Position numbers and translations under genes: made by a program
Notes under the pieces: generated by a model
Told to the model about the DNA's origin: nothing
Seen by the model: only the letters and a program-made list of their open reading frames with translations
Databases searched by the model: none
In this document: piece after piece, positions 1 to 14,649 of the stretch
Numbering within the stretch: the stretch's first letter is position 1
How the letters are laid out: every line of letters starts with the position of its first letter
From: Eledone cirrhosa
Taxonomy: Eukaryota
Length of the DNA: 64,000 nt
Direction: 5' to 3'
Assembly (NCBI GenBank): GCA_964016885.1
Contig: OZ024742.1
Span: 174,840,001 to 174,904,000 of the forward strand

Positions 1-639
1 CTTTTATTGGTTTCAGTCATTAGATACTGACTATGCTGGAGCACTGTCTTGTTGAATTTATTCTTTTTATTGGCTTCAGCCATTAATTTGTGGCTATGCT
101 GGGGCATGCTATTGAAGTGATTTAGTCAACCATTCCAAACGCAGGACTTATTTTGTAGGTTTGGTAAATATTTTATTGATCTAATTTTTGTTGAACAGCT
201 AATTTACAGGACATACACTTACAAATCCGCACACACACACACTCATATATAAACACACAACTGCATGCACACATATATATATGAAGAATGAGGGACTTCT
301 GCAGCTTATATCTAAAAAATTCCCAAGCCTATACGCTTACCCAGAATGTTGCACATTGGGAGTTAACCTGAAATCACCCGGTTGTGAAACAAAATCCTTA
401 ACCACACAGCCCTGTCTGCTCCTAGCCTTAACAAGACAGCCATATCTACATATAGTCAACCATTACAAACTCAGGACTTATTTTTGCAGGTTTGGTAAAT
501 ATGTTATTGATCTGATACTTATAACTGAGCTATATCACACAGCTATATCTACATATATCCTTCACACAGCTATACCAACACTTATCCTTAAAATTACTAC
601 CATATCCACTTCTATCCTTAACAGCACAGTCATACCTAC

Positions 640-1200
640 GCTAATATCAGACGCACTTATCTTCAACAACATCTTGATTTACACTGACACAGTGCCTTGC
701 ACTGCGGAATACCTCATGTCTCTGATCCTCTTGTCACAGAACATTGGCAAACCTCCTACTCTCAGTTTCCTCCGGTGTGAAGTTATACCTGACGTCTAGC
801 CTTTCTTTTAGCGGCCGAGTATCGGTCTCTACTCTCCCTATTTTTCCAATCCTGCCATGCTTGTCTTTTGTCTTTAATGGCTCTATATCTACCATGCTGT
901 TCCACCACCAAGTCCCCTCTGTCTTGTTGGAGCTTTGCTCTAACCACAAGTCTCTTCAGTTGCTTGCAGTAGGTTGTCACATCAGAATTTCTAGTTATAT
1001 TCTATATCATACTATTCTAATTCGTCTTCTTTCTCACCATACACATCTTGAAGGACTTTCCTAAATTTATATTTAAGTGAAAGGTCCTTTTGCTTCCATA
1101 CCTTGCTGTGTGTCTCATTCTGTCTCTTGTTTATTGAGATGTCACTAATGACTAACCTATGTTGGGGGGTACATACTTCCCCAGGGTATGCCTTAAAAAG
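640..1200 (-). mobile_element. RTE LINE internal fragment (end of endonuclease and linker)
   Basis: TWWWN..., ETESRRFANVL and YPGEVCTPQHRLVISDIS are collinear with 37888-38406. Confidence 0.88.
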
Positions 1201-1479
1201 TGACAGTAAGTATCTGCATAGGTAGTAGTAACTCGTAATGGCAAGGAAGCTGTGTTGTCTAAGACAAGAGGCAGATGACTGAGTGAGTTAGGACTACAGG
1301 ACAGCCTATCTGTAATGACGGCTAGATGGCCCCAGAATATGTTCTCCTTCATACCACAGGCGCTATTAACTGTAGCCTCTGGAGAATTTATCTTCTCTGC
1401 AAGGTTGCAGGTCACTGTTTTGTGGCCATATCAGTAAGTGAAAAGGGAACACCATGGGAAAACAATTCATTTACTACAT

Positions 1480-2050
1480 ACCCATACCTATCCTTAACAC
1501 TCGACAAATTTCCTTAATACAGCAGTACCTACACTTATCTATAACACAGCCATACCTACACCTATCTATAACACAGCCATACCTACACCTATCTATAACA
1601 CAGCCATACTTACACCTATCTATAACACAGCCATACCTACACCTATCTATAACACTGCCATACCTACACCTATCTATAACTCAACCATACCTACAGCTAT
1701 CTATAACATAGCCATACCTACACCTATCTATAACACAGCCATACCTACATCTATCTATAACACAGCCCTACCTACACCTACCCTTAACACAGTCATACTA
1801 CACCTATCTATAACACAGCCATACCTACAATTAACACAACCATACCTACACCTAGCATTTACCACACTGCCATAGTGCACCTATCCTTAACACAGCCATA
1901 GCTACACCTAACCTTAACACAATTATATCTACATTTATTCTTAACACTATACCTACAATTATTTTTAACGCATCCATATCTACACCTGTCCTTAACACAA
2001 CAATATCTACACCTGTCCTTAACACAACCATACCTACACCTGTCCTTAAT
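1480..2050. repeat. Minisatellite, 24-27-bp unit (ataacacagccatacctacacctatct)
   Basis: About 20 tandem units that explain the QPYLHLSIT pseudo-ORF; degenerate units also at 395-650. Confidence 0.95.
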
Positions 2051-3874
2051 CAGTGGAATTCTTCTTATTCCAATGCCAAGATTAAGAGAATTTTTTTTAT
2101 CAGTTAAGATTAATGATTCTTATTTATTGTATCAAGTTTGCCAATGTATTGTAGAATTACTACTAGTCTTGACATATTTCAAACCTTCATGTTAAAAGTA
2201 ATTATTTTGAAACTTTAACATTGTAATCTGAATCTAACACATTACATATAGTTTCCTCTAGCTTAGAAATCCGTCTGCTGTCATCTTTAGAGTTTTTCAG
2301 TATTTATATTTCCAAAAATATTTTTGTGTATTGTCATTGTCATAAAATGCTAGAGCAGGAGTTCTAACTATAGTGTAAGAGTTAGGCTTTGGTCTAATTG
2401 TAATGTCATTCCCCACTTCAGATTGTTTCTAATTACAATTGAAAACAAATTTTGGAATAAATTCACACCCACTTTTGAGTAAATTTCCTTTTCTTAGGAT
2501 TGGGAATAAATTTGCTGGTTAGGGATTTATGTTCCACATCAGTTTCAGAGGTCCTGAAACAGGTCAGTGGCTCTTCTCTTCGTTTCTTGATTAAACCATA
2601 AAAGACAAAACTCATAATGTAACATGCCACATTTTTTATCATTAAAAAAGAAAGTCTTGGGGAAGAAAAGATGCAATTTATCGCTATGGTTGCAAAATCT
2701 TTACAAAAGAAAATATTTCTTAAAAGAGTTAACTTCAAAAGAATATTTTGTAAAAATACTTTTTTCCTGATTTCTTTGACACCCTGTTCTATTTCTAAGC
2801 CTTATTAAGGTATGCAACAGTTTCCTTGCAAACATATTAAATTCAGTATTAGATATATGAGATGAAATAATCAATAGCCTATACTGCTTCTGCATAATAA
2901 CTGCTCCTAATATTGTCTTTATCTATATTGTATTATTGGTGTAACTCCCTCTTTACCAGAATCTAAAAAACAATATCTTGTGAGGCCTACTTATTCATGA
3001 ATATCAGAGTGATATCTTCAGAAAAATCATATATGGTAATTTGAGTATTCCAGGAAATCATTTCCATGAAATGGTTTTGAGGGTTTTACTGGGAAAATAT
3101 CACTGTGAATATTTGTGTAAATGTGAAAAATGCACAAACTATTTCCTATAATATGTTCAACAATTATCTTACACATTAAGATCTTTATAGCTTTATGATC
3201 ATATCTAGGGAGCTGTTACAAATATTTTTTCTGTGTCATCTCTAAAACTCACACGTAAAATATGATTTAGAAAGACTGCTTCAAAAATAATGGCTTCATT
3301 GAATATGATAATGTAACAATATTTTTATTATCTCTTCTAATTCAAATATTATACCACTATCAATGAAATAAATACCGGATTTGAAAAAATAATTACAGAC
3401 AGATATGAGGGACTACATACTTTAAAACCTTTGATACCAAACTGCTTAAAACAGTCCATGATTCTATAATTCAAAACCTCTTGTTTTAAATTGTTTATAT
3501 TTATCTAAGTTCTTTGTATTATATGTGATAGCCTATATTAAATTATGTTTCAAATACAAACTTAATAATAAGGTGGTTAGTTATATTAGTTATATTTTCC
3601 AAATTCTTGATTATTTTCAAAATTATTAGAAAAGCATAAGTATCGTTATTTATTAGATATATGGTTCTGAAAAGGTGAAGGTGCTGTCCCAGCATAACTG
3701 TAGTCTAATGACTGAAACTAGTAAAAGAATGATAAATGAATATTGAGCTATACATGACAAAAATCATGACATTACGTGGGTTCTGGGTAAATAGTTGTTT
3801 AAGTTCTAACCAAGGCTAGAGCAATTATGTAAAGCAATCACTGAATTATGCAGAAATGTGTGACAGTACAGAGC

Positions 3875-4250
3875 AGTGGGATGGTGGGATATAATGAAAT
3901 ATTGTTGATACTGGAATACTGGGAAATAGTCAAAGTTTGTTGGTACTGGAATGCCAGGATTGTGGGATATCGTCAAATATTGTTGGCATATCAAGGTGGT
4001 AAGATATAGTCAAATATGTTTAGGACCAGAATACTGGGCTTGATGGGATATAGTCAAACATTGTTGATAGTAGAATACTGGGTTGCTGGAATATGGTCTA
4101 ACATTGTTGGTACTGGAATACAGGGCTGCCAGAATATAGTGAAATATTGATGGGCTGACGGGACATTGTCAAATATTGTTAGGTACAGAAAACTGTATGG
4201 AAGGGACATATTAAAACATTGTTAGTGGTGAAATACTGGGGTTGGTAGAT
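3875..4250. repeat. Degenerate minisatellite, ~40-bp unit (gggatatagtcaaatattgttggtactggaatactggg)
   Basis: About 9 diverged tandem units. Confidence 0.85.
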
Positions 4251-6651
4251 TCAAAACATTAACTTTTCTATTTCATTTTGAATGTATCACAAAGTTTCTA
4301 ACTGCTGACTGTACTCAAGATGGTAAATAATTACTCCATACCTAAACATATGTATTTCATGGATAATGTAATTGAGAAAAAAATATTTATTCCTTCTTGC
4401 TACAGATCTAATAACTACTTAATTACATGCTTTTGAAATTAATGAATTGTTAAGAATACTATAGTTAATTTTAAGAATAATCATTTTTACTGACTGACTT
4501 CTGCAAAGATTTTAATGTATTACATACAATACTATAATTCTAGTGATTCATAATTTAAATACCTATTTTGTTTTCTAATGTTTGACTGGAATATTACATT
4601 TAGAAATATGATAACAAATACGCATTATCATATTGCAAGCAGGGAAAAGCGGACGTAAAATGATGATGATGATGATGATATATAAAATTATATATATAAA
4701 ATCTTCAATCATCTAATTTTATAAACATTCAAATGTTTGGCAACCAGCTGAAAGCTATAAGTTATTATGAAGCCTTTTCATTACTTTGTGATATTCCACT
4801 TAAAATATGAAATTTTCTAGAACATTCATCAACATAATAAACATATTTTACCTTTATTACCCACTTTAGAGCATTCAGGTCCACATATATATAATATATA
4901 TAATAAATACATGAAATGTTTTTAAGTAAATTTAGAAATGATATAAATCTCATAGACAGAATATAAATAATTGAAAAAAAAAAGCAAAACAATATTTTAC
5001 TCCAAGCATTTTGATGTATTCATACTACATACATTTTTCTTTTAATATTTGAATACATTTTTAATCTGTTGGCATTTACATGTTATCCAACCTTAACTAG
5101 AATATCCACAATTAGATTATACTGTTTTAGTTATTAAAATTTGGCCATCTTTGGGCCACAGTTTCTGTCTACCAAAGAGATTTTGTAAATCATATTGACC
5201 CTAGTACATACTCTTCTTTTGCTGGCTTCAGTCATTAGACTGTGACTTGCCCAAGATGACACACATTGTGACTGAATCTGAAATATTGTAATTGCAAAGC
5301 AAAATCTTTAGTTACACTGCCATGCCTGAACCCAATTAATGAAAAACAAAAGGTTTCCTGTCATACATAACTGTGTTGTAATTACAGATAATAATGTATG
5401 TATTGGATTATATTGAATTTGTAACAATCGAATTACAAACACAACATACACTGGAATAATAGTATTTGTTAATAGATGTGTGCAACTGCAGTGTAAGCAC
5501 AAAGGAAATTTAGGACTAATGCGGACCCCACTGAAATATGAGCATGCATAAAATTAAACTCTAAATATATGAAGATGAGGCTACAAATCAATAGAGATGT
5601 TAAAATGTCACCTAGAATGTTTGTGGTATTCATTCTGGCTCACTGGACTCTGAGTTCAAATCCCGCCAAGGTCATCTTTGTCTTTCATCATTTTGAGGTT
5701 GATAAATAGAGTTCCAATTCAGTACTGGGAATGATTCCTCCTCTATATATATATATCTTTCTCACTTCGGTATCACTCTTTTTCCTTCTTTGATAGAAAC
5801 CAGCTCTGTTCAGACCTGGAGAGGAGATAGGCTTCGCAAGGATTAAAACAAAATGCCCAAGAGATACTATATCTTACTAGAGTGCCCTTATCTCTCTACC
5901 ACGAGTTATAAGTTAAAGGAAAGGAATACATTTCCCACAAAAATGCAAACACACCACCTAATACAGTTTTATAGTAACTAATATGAAAGGACTTTGATTT
6001 GTAAACAAGATATATAAGGAAATATACTAGATTATCATTATCATTATTTTTATACCCTTTTTTGCATGTTCAAATGGTTTTAAATGAGGAGTCCTTTTTT
6101 CTATTGTATCTCTACACTTGTATTTTTTCCTTTATCTACTTTATGTGACCTTGAAGTCAGCTTTCACCACCTTTTGCCACATCTTTTTTAAACATATTCT
6201 ATCTGTATACTGATCCTTCCTTACCTGAATTTGAATCAATGCAATATATTGTTACCTTTGATAACAATTGTAAAATTATAACAACTCCAAGTACTTTCAG
6301 GAGTTAAGTCTTACAGGTCCTATGGCAGGCTTCTCCATTTTGCCTAATCTTATGCATCCAAATACACTATCATCTTGGCTTTTATTTCCTCTTCCCTCAT
6401 ATTTACCCATATTTTTCTCGGTCTTACCTTTTATCTTCTTTTCACATTCATTTTCCTGACTCCCATCAATCAGTCAACTTCATCATTCATCAGCACATGA
6501 CTCAACCATCTTATTCTATTTCTCTTCACAACATTCAGCATTGCCTCTTTTTCCATCACCCAGACATTGTCACCTTTCCACAACACTTGAGCTAGCCATA
6601 TATTTTTTAGATTACTCAACCTTTGCTAGGAAGGAAAATAGACATTAATAA

Positions 6652-6652
<1 letters not shown>

Positions 6653-6686
<34 letters not shown>
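6653..6686. repeat. (GAT)n microsatellite, likely a retroposon tail
   Basis: GAT run following ggaaaatagacattaa. Confidence 0.9.
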
Positions 6687-7275
6687 AAACATTCACCACT
6701 GTCTCTATTGCAATCACTTTCTGTAATTCATTACCTGATTATGATATGAATTGACAGTATGCACAATTTCTTATTAAATTTACATATGATGAAAAAATCA
6801 ACTGGTTATTACATGTTAAATTAACATTAATGCAGCATGTTGTGTAACTGATGTAAATGTTTATATTTCAACAACAACAAATATATATTTAAGTGCTTAA
6901 TGGCTTTACATTTATTGTATCAATTACTCAAGTAACAATGCCAACCAAAGTCTATTTAGTATTTTGTGGGTTTATTTTGTTTTCTTTCTGTGACAGAATG
7001 TCACCTAACCATAATTCCTGTTAGCAACATCTAAATGGATGTCTTTTATCTTTCTTCAAATGCAGTCACATCTTAATGCACATCACTACTTTCTACTTCG
7101 TGGTGAAATAGTGAATTTTAATCACATTTACAGATTAAACAGTTTTATATATTTGGTTACAATTGAATTTCCTTTCTTTTTTCCATTGTTTTTATTGTTT
7201 CTCTGCTCCTATTCATAGCTATTGTATTGTTGTTTTCTTCTTAGTGCCATGTCTATTATAATACTGTGTGTGCAT

Positions 7276-7277
<2 letters not shown>

Positions 7278-7343
<66 letters not shown>
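7278..7343. repeat. (CA)n microsatellite
   Basis: Uninterrupted CA run. Confidence 0.98.
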
Positions 7344-7348
<5 letters not shown>

Positions 7349-7435
7349 GGGGTTTTATTTTATTAGAAAATGATTTCTTTGATAAAATTTGCTAGCATAT
7401 TTTTTTTATTTCCATTTCTCTATTTGTAAACATAC

Positions 7436-8236
7436 TGTAGTACACTATATGTGTGTGGAGAATAAATATATAATCATTTTCAAGATCGATGTTTCAATTT
7501 TCCTCCAACCTAAAGCTATCTGCATTAAGTACCATCTGAGAGAAATTTCCATCTTGTTCACACATCTCCTCACTACTTTGAATTTATACTTTAACATCAT
7601 AAAACCCTGAGTCATTATGAAAAACATTTCGTTGAGTCCTCTTCTGGCTAAATTGATTTTTACACTTCAAATCATGAGATAAAGCAAATTTTTAAACATT
7701 CCTTTTAAGACAATAATTTCAACTTAATATTATCCATTTCATATAAAGAACAAATCCATTTTGGTGATAATAATGGTCTCTTAGAATTTCTGCATATTTT
7801 GAGATTTTATACCAGCTTCTCTTCTCTATCCTTCTCTGGTATTTTCTATCTATATTTTCAATATTGAAAATATGCACCATATAATTTCATTTCCTAACAT
7901 AGAGGAGGCCATATTCTGTTCGTCTTCCACTATCTTTTTCAAGTTTGGCAAATTTTATTGCTTGCAAATCCTTTTCTCACTTAGAATTGTGAATATTGAA
8001 TATGATTGGATCAATAGTGTGCTTATTGCAATATTGTTGTTGTTATTATTATTATTATTGTTGTTGATGTTGTAGTAAAACTAAATTAGATACCATTATT
8101 ATTATTTATTATTTCTTTTCCTTTGTGTATTTTTTGAGCCACCCTCCAGAAAGAATTATAGTCCATGGCACTGATAAGATTTCTGCAGATCAGTTAAAGA
8201 TAAACTAGAATATAAAGCTGGGAATCGTTTGAAGAA
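7436..8236 (-). pseudogene. Candidate decayed exon-like segment of unknown identity
   Basis: cttttag| acceptor and |gtatgt donor, with long purine-biased frames and sparse stops (EKDLQAIKFAKLEKDSGRRTEYGLLYVRK*..., SSEEMCEQDGNFSQMVLNADSFRLEEN*). Confidence 0.3.
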
Positions 8237-11200
8237 CTAAAAGCATTATTTTGATTATTCATATTTTGAAATTACTTTGCAATATGTTTTAATCTTTTAT
8301 GGAACCTGTTATATTTTAGTTATAAAATGTTATGTGATTGTAAAATAGAAAATATTGGTTTTGTGTAAGATAAGGATAGCAGTGACAAGTAGTTATGTTT
8401 GTGACTAGTTCTTTACATTCTCATTGAACTAACATTTAATCTGAAATTTATGTATTAGATATTATTCTTAACATTAACTTAATCATCATCGGCATATGTC
8501 CATTTTCTTTGCTGGCATGAGTTGAACAGTTTGGCACAATAAGAGACTAGATAGTTCAGTGGATCTCATATTGCTCATACATTCCAATTTTTGTATGGTT
8601 TTTATGGCTTGATGTCGTTTGAAATGACGATTGCATCACAGTGTATAGTGTAGCTTCATCATCATCAATTACTGTCTGTTTTCCATACTTGCATGGGTTA
8701 GAAAGACTGTATTAAGATAGTAGATAACAAGGCCCTGCCCACACATTATTTCACTTTCATTTTCTATGGCTTGATGCTCTTCCTAATGCCAACCCCTTTA
8801 GAGTATGCACTGGGAAGCTTTTCCATGGCAACAGCACTGCCACCTCAAATGATGAACTGGGTGCTTTCTGTTTTAGTGATAGTATGACCATCTTACAGTG
8901 TGGACTAGTTGACTTTTGTTGTGTCACCAGGACCTTACAGGTCAGAATATCATAATTATATTGGTCTTTAAATTGATATGAAATAAGTTAATTTAAAAAA
9001 TAAAATCTGTGGTAAATATTAGTTCAGTTAGAATTTGTAGACCAAGTCAATGTGCACCCACATTAAACTTCTAAAATAAAAATGGAGAGAATAATATGTA
9101 GTCACCAACATATAATAAAACTGTTTCATTTTTTTAATTCATATATCATCAGAAATGTGGCAGATTAGTTTTATATCACAACAGGTTATTTTCTGTTACC
9201 TTGTTCTAATCTATTCTAGTCTTCCCTTTTTTTCTTTCCTTTTTGCATTTTTCATACATTGGCAAAAAATTGATATCTTATTTTTACGATGCTTTGACAA
9301 CAGTTAGAAGTGAATACAAGCAATCTAGTATTGGAATTGAGTACAAGTGAATGCAGAGTCAACTTAATTTACTATTAATAATAGCTGAAGATGAAAATCT
9401 AAAATTTACATTGCAAAACTTATTTATTATATATGATCAGTGACTACTATATTTATTTAAATTACAAGCACCACTCTTTTTTCATATACCTTAAATATTT
9501 TTGTTATCACTTTTAGTACACTTCTTTATATTTGTGTATTCAATTCCTCTCTACTCTTTCAAAAAAACCAACTTGGCCTGAAATCTTATTAAACCATTTT
9601 AAGAAACAGCAATAAAAACATTTACAAAGAAATAAATATTATTTATTTTCTAGTTCTTTTATTTTTTGGCTAGAAGACATACAATTTATGTAACACACAG
9701 AAAAAAAAAGAAAACTACTGAACTCAAAATAAAATGGTATCAATATTTCTTCTGTATGATATTGTATTTAAGCAGTAAAGCAATGGAAGTTAGGTTCAGA
9801 GAAATTCTGCTTCACTGACTTTATGATTCAACATTGTAGGGTCAGTCTTCTCTGGAGTTTTATTCAATGTTCATATAAAGCAGTTATATTTCCAAGAAAG
9901 CTATTTATTACTGAATACATCTTCTAACATTTTCCCTTTTACAATACAGTCTTGTAGTTGTTTGCTTTTTAGTGTTGCTTCATGAACACTAAATAAATAC
10001 TGAATTCTTGTGATATTGTCATATAATAGTTTTGTTTTACATATAAAGAGTTGATATTATTCTAATGTTCAAACTATTTGATTTAATACTTCTCATTATA
10101 TATTCTAACTATAGTAATACTTGATTCAGTTTTTGGAAGTAAAAAATAATGGAACATATTGCAAATAATAAAAAGAAACAATGGTGTCATTATAAAATGC
10201 ATGAAATACTTTGTAAAGTGCTGGGAGATATGTAAGTGAGATGAGGTCCCGGCTTATCTGAGAGATCAGTGGCTTCAACTAAGTACTGGCTTGGTTTGCT
10301 AGAAGAGAAAACAGTCAGTAAATGAGTATGATAATCATGATAAAGATTAAAAAATTATAAATACCCTCTACTAAGTCAAGAAACAGGATTTTTATTTACA
10401 ACAAGAAGGAAAGGGATTTTGGTTTGCATTATTAGTGTGTTGCTATCGTTTTACATGCTTTATATTGCTTGCCTGGGCTTATACTGCTTTCATGGACATT
10501 AAATGACTGAGAGTGCAAAATCATCACATCACTAATCCTCAGCTTGCCACTGATATTCATTCTCAGTTTAATGAACTGCAGGATTGTAAAATGAAGTGTC
10601 TTGCTCAAGGGGACAACATCAACTGGTATGGGAATTGAACTTACAACCTTATGAATCTTATGATTATGATGAGTTCAGTATTCTAAGTGCAAGGCTTCAA
10701 TTTATTTTCTGTAAAGAAACAGTTAAAAACAACTAAACATAAAAAAACTCATCTAAAATTCTAGCTACTTTATTATAGTTTCCCAAGAAAGCAAAGTTTC
10801 ACTCATAAACATTTCTTTGGGTAGAATACAGTTGCTAGTGAGTTGTACTGTCATAAATTCTAAGTTTCTAAAGTACAGTTGTTGGTGAGTTATGGTATTA
10901 TCAATCCAATTATGAAAATATGAACTTAAATCAGTATAACACGTTTTTCAAACAGATATGCCTTTATAGTGATTAAAATTTAAATTCATTTCTGCTTGCA
11001 AATTTATTATATATTTTTTCAAAGTTGTCTGATCCTTGCATGTTTGCACAAATGAATTAACATGAAGGGATTAAGTTTCAGTAAAAGTGCTCAATTAATT
11101 ATCAATTTAATTAGTTGAAACCAGAATAATTTTGTCAAAATTAATTTTATCCCATTAACAAAGTTAGAAGGAAAATTGGGCCAGTTTCTCAGAAACTACA

Positions 11201-11428
11201 ATCGAATTTTAAAATACTCTTAATGGAGATTTTGATTACATGTCATTCATTTAAAGAAGAAAATAATAGAATACGCACAACAAAATTTATTTAAAGACCG
11301 TTTTTGAACGCCAGCAATTTTGAAATACTATTGGCAACATGAAAATATTGCTAAGAAAAATTATAAACCAATAGAAGAGGAATGATTCAATTGGCCATGG
11401 CCTACTAACCACATTCTCTTCATTACAG

Positions 11429-11444
11429 CTAACTTGCTGCTATG
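11429..11444 (+). other. Candidate 16-nt micro-exon ending in ATG
   Basis: Perfect branch point TACTAAC (11403-11409), pyrimidine tract, CAG|CTAACTTGCTGCTATG|GTAAGA. Confidence 0.4.
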
Positions 11445-14400
11445 GTAAGATTTTAAAGTTTAGAGGGCTTTTTTCCAAATATAATAAATATTAAAAACAA
11501 ATTAATGTATGAAAAAATTATACTATGTACTCAAAACTTTCTATAAAGTGACTGAGATTAGGAAAAGTATCCATCCATATATATCATGCCAAAATAAGAA
11601 AAGTGTGAGCATGATGTGTTTATCTGAATGTCTTGTCTCAAACCATGACAAGTCCAACTCGTATCTGCAGGGAAAAACTGACATAAAATGATGATGGTTA
11701 TGATGTCAATATATTTTAATATTATTTTCTAACTGCTTGTACCCCTTCCCTCAGAAAGTATCATGAAAAGAAAGTGACATCATTTGGTGAGAGGTTATAA
11801 GAACTGTCGTGGTGTGATGTCATGTAATGTTGAGGTTTTGGAGGTTTTGTAAGCACCATCAATCCACATCTTCCTAGGTCAAATTCTGGTCTTGTAACAT
11901 GCTATCCTTATATTATATGCACAGTTGATTGGCTGGTTGATTGGTTAGATGGTATTCTTTTGGTTAGTCCTATTTATTGTACTCCTAATTTAACATGTGT
12001 TGCTATTTGACCAGACATCCTTGTGTTATACACACAATGGGCTGGCTGGCTGGTCGGTTGTTTGGGTAGCATTCTTGTAAAATGTCCAAACCATCATTCT
12101 TTTTATTGTTGTAAGTGATGATGCGCTGGTGTTGTCTCTGTTTTTCCTGATCTTGTATAGGTGGAATGAGCCTAAAAGAATCTTAAATCCTTCACACAAA
12201 TTTGCCATCGTAATTAATTAATTATAAAGTAAATGATATCTTATATGAAATAATTCTAAGTTTTTCTCATATTTCTGTCAACTTTTTATTAATTTAATAT
12301 ACAAGCCATTTGTGAAAATGAGTGTTCCAGAATGGCCTGCTAATGAAATTAATGTACAAGTAGTTGATCATTCCACTGGCACACATACCGGGGACACACT
12401 TCTCAGGGAGATTCAGCATGACACAATGCATGACCTGGCCGGCCCTTTGAATTACAGGTATAGTCCATGAAAAGGGCTTTGAAGAGTTTCCGCTTATCCA
12501 CATTCACTCAAATGGCATGATTTGACCTAGGACATATTGGTTGTGATTCAAATTGCTTAACCATTCAGCTGCATTGTATCCCAGAGTAAAGGTTATCATT
12601 TAACATTTGACCCAATCAGTTCCTTTAAGGAATATTTTAGTTTATTAGTCCTTTCTTATCATAAGTAAATTACTAGAGAAAAAGAACAAACTATATATGT
12701 TGGTGGTAAATATAATGCTTGACTATATCCCTGGATAGAGAAAATTAAAAGACTGCTTTCTAATTATATAACAATTGCATTTGTTTATGCTACATCATTT
12801 ACAAGTTACCAAGTTTATTGTGGTGTAAACACCAAGTAGCTGAAAATATAATAAATTCACTTAAAATTTCCACAAATATTGAAAGTTACTTTCAAGGGAA
12901 CAATTAAATGGATTTGATGAGAAATGGATTCTGCTTTTGGCATTTGTGAATAATTGCTAATACCAAGGGTATACAAGAAAAGTCTTTTGAAGTTATGTCT
13001 TTAATAATATACAATCCACTAACTTTACATGAAAAGCTAGGGAATATCAACACAGCTAATATGTATTTAGTTCTAATGTTTAAAATATGAACATAATGTT
13101 GTGAATCAATAGCTTGTTACAGAAGCAGACAAACTGACTTAACATGGGTATTAATTGTACTTGCATGTAAAACTACAGTTACTAATTGTTGATAAACATT
13201 AAAAAGTTAACTTTAATAATGTGGTCTCTAACTTTTATATAAATTCTATTCTTAATCCAGAACAATCCAGAAAAGTGACCTTCATATATCATTAAGTAAT
13301 TTAATCTGTATTAGGCATTAATAAAGTTACTTTCTTAAACAGAAGGACGAGCATATTCTCAAAGGTAACTTCCAAATACTAAGACTTGACGTACTGCTTT
13401 CCTTTTTGTGCTGGTTGCCATCAAGAGGTCTAGTGACCTTGGGCTGCTGTTTTCCACTACAAAATTTGGACAAATGCATTACCCCTGAGGAAGGAGCTTC
13501 ATGAAGTAGAATGGTTGATTCAACAAGTGTTATTTGTTATTCTCCATGGAAATCTTTCACTATCTTGTCTGCAGAATGCTCCTTTCTTCCTCCTTTTTTT
13601 ACATTATATTGTTTCTCCCCCTTGTCCCATTACAGCATATTACTAATACAGTTAATTTAAAGAGCCCTCTTTAAATTAATTGTCATTTTCAGCAACAAAT
13701 TGTATTTTAATAATTTCCTTATTCAAAATGACTATATATATACTAGTAGACCAGTGCCATCAATAATGATGGGAGAAGCATTGAAAGTATTTAATTTCAA
13801 TGATATATACCAGGATCACTGTATCTATGAACACACAAATACACTGGGAAATTTGTATTTGAATAAATTAATGGTTTACATATTTGAAAACCTATAGTTT
13901 ATGTTGGTTACAGACAAATGGAAGTGATTAGAAATTGAGTTATTTCCAAGATCTAATACTATTTATTTTCAGTATATATGTTCCAATGACATACAGGAAC
14001 AAATGTATGAGTAACTTTGGGGAAGTAACTATTTACTGGGACAAATGTAAGGTTAGAATCTTGTAAATAGTGACTGGAATATAAACTTCTAACTGTAGGA
14101 ACATGGTTGAGGTAGGAAGTGCATTTTATGTATGTTTGTTTGTGCAGTGGTTGAATGAATAAGAGGTTTGGTTTGCTATCATTAGGTCCCTGATTTGATC
14201 CTACTTTGTCACATCTTGAGTAAATGTTAATTTCTATAGTCTTGGGTTCACCCTTGTTTTATGAGTGAAACTAGTAGTTGGAAACTGTATGGAAGCTCAT
14301 AAAATGGACTGAGTGTACTTGTAATTCAAAGGGTCTGACTTGTCCTACCATATGTCATGCTGAATCTCACTGAGAATTATGTTAAACATACACATATCTG

Positions 14401-14649
14401 TAGAATGCTCAGCCAATTGCCTGTTAATTTGAGGGGCAAGCTATTCTATTGATTGTACAATTGGAACACACATCATAAAAAGAGTGGACCATTCCTTGAG
14501 TGATTGAATTTTGACACCTTCCCTTTCCAAGTATTCAAATGTGCTATCAAGGATGGCCATGTATAGTTATGAAAGGATTAACAATTGAAGATGATCATCA
14601 TCAAGTTTTGATGGACAAGCAAGCAAATTTAATGACGATTACAGGCATC

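Noticed and set aside
1454-1711. Repetitive ORF (QPYLHLSIT)n and ORF 281-799
   Set aside because: Translation of a 27-bp minisatellite plus SINE/LINE antisense sequence.
11745-12171. Exon-like minus-strand segment (cttttag|LIPPIQDQEKQRQHQRIITY...)
   Set aside because: Its composition and a RKMW...TPRQFL..LTK stretch resemble a decayed Penelope linker, so it cannot be supported as a host exon.
13330-13645. Long nearly open minus-strand frame as a host-gene exon
   Set aside because: Homologous sequence occurs at 25.4 kb and, in the opposite orientation, at 61.5 kb, so it is an interspersed repeat.
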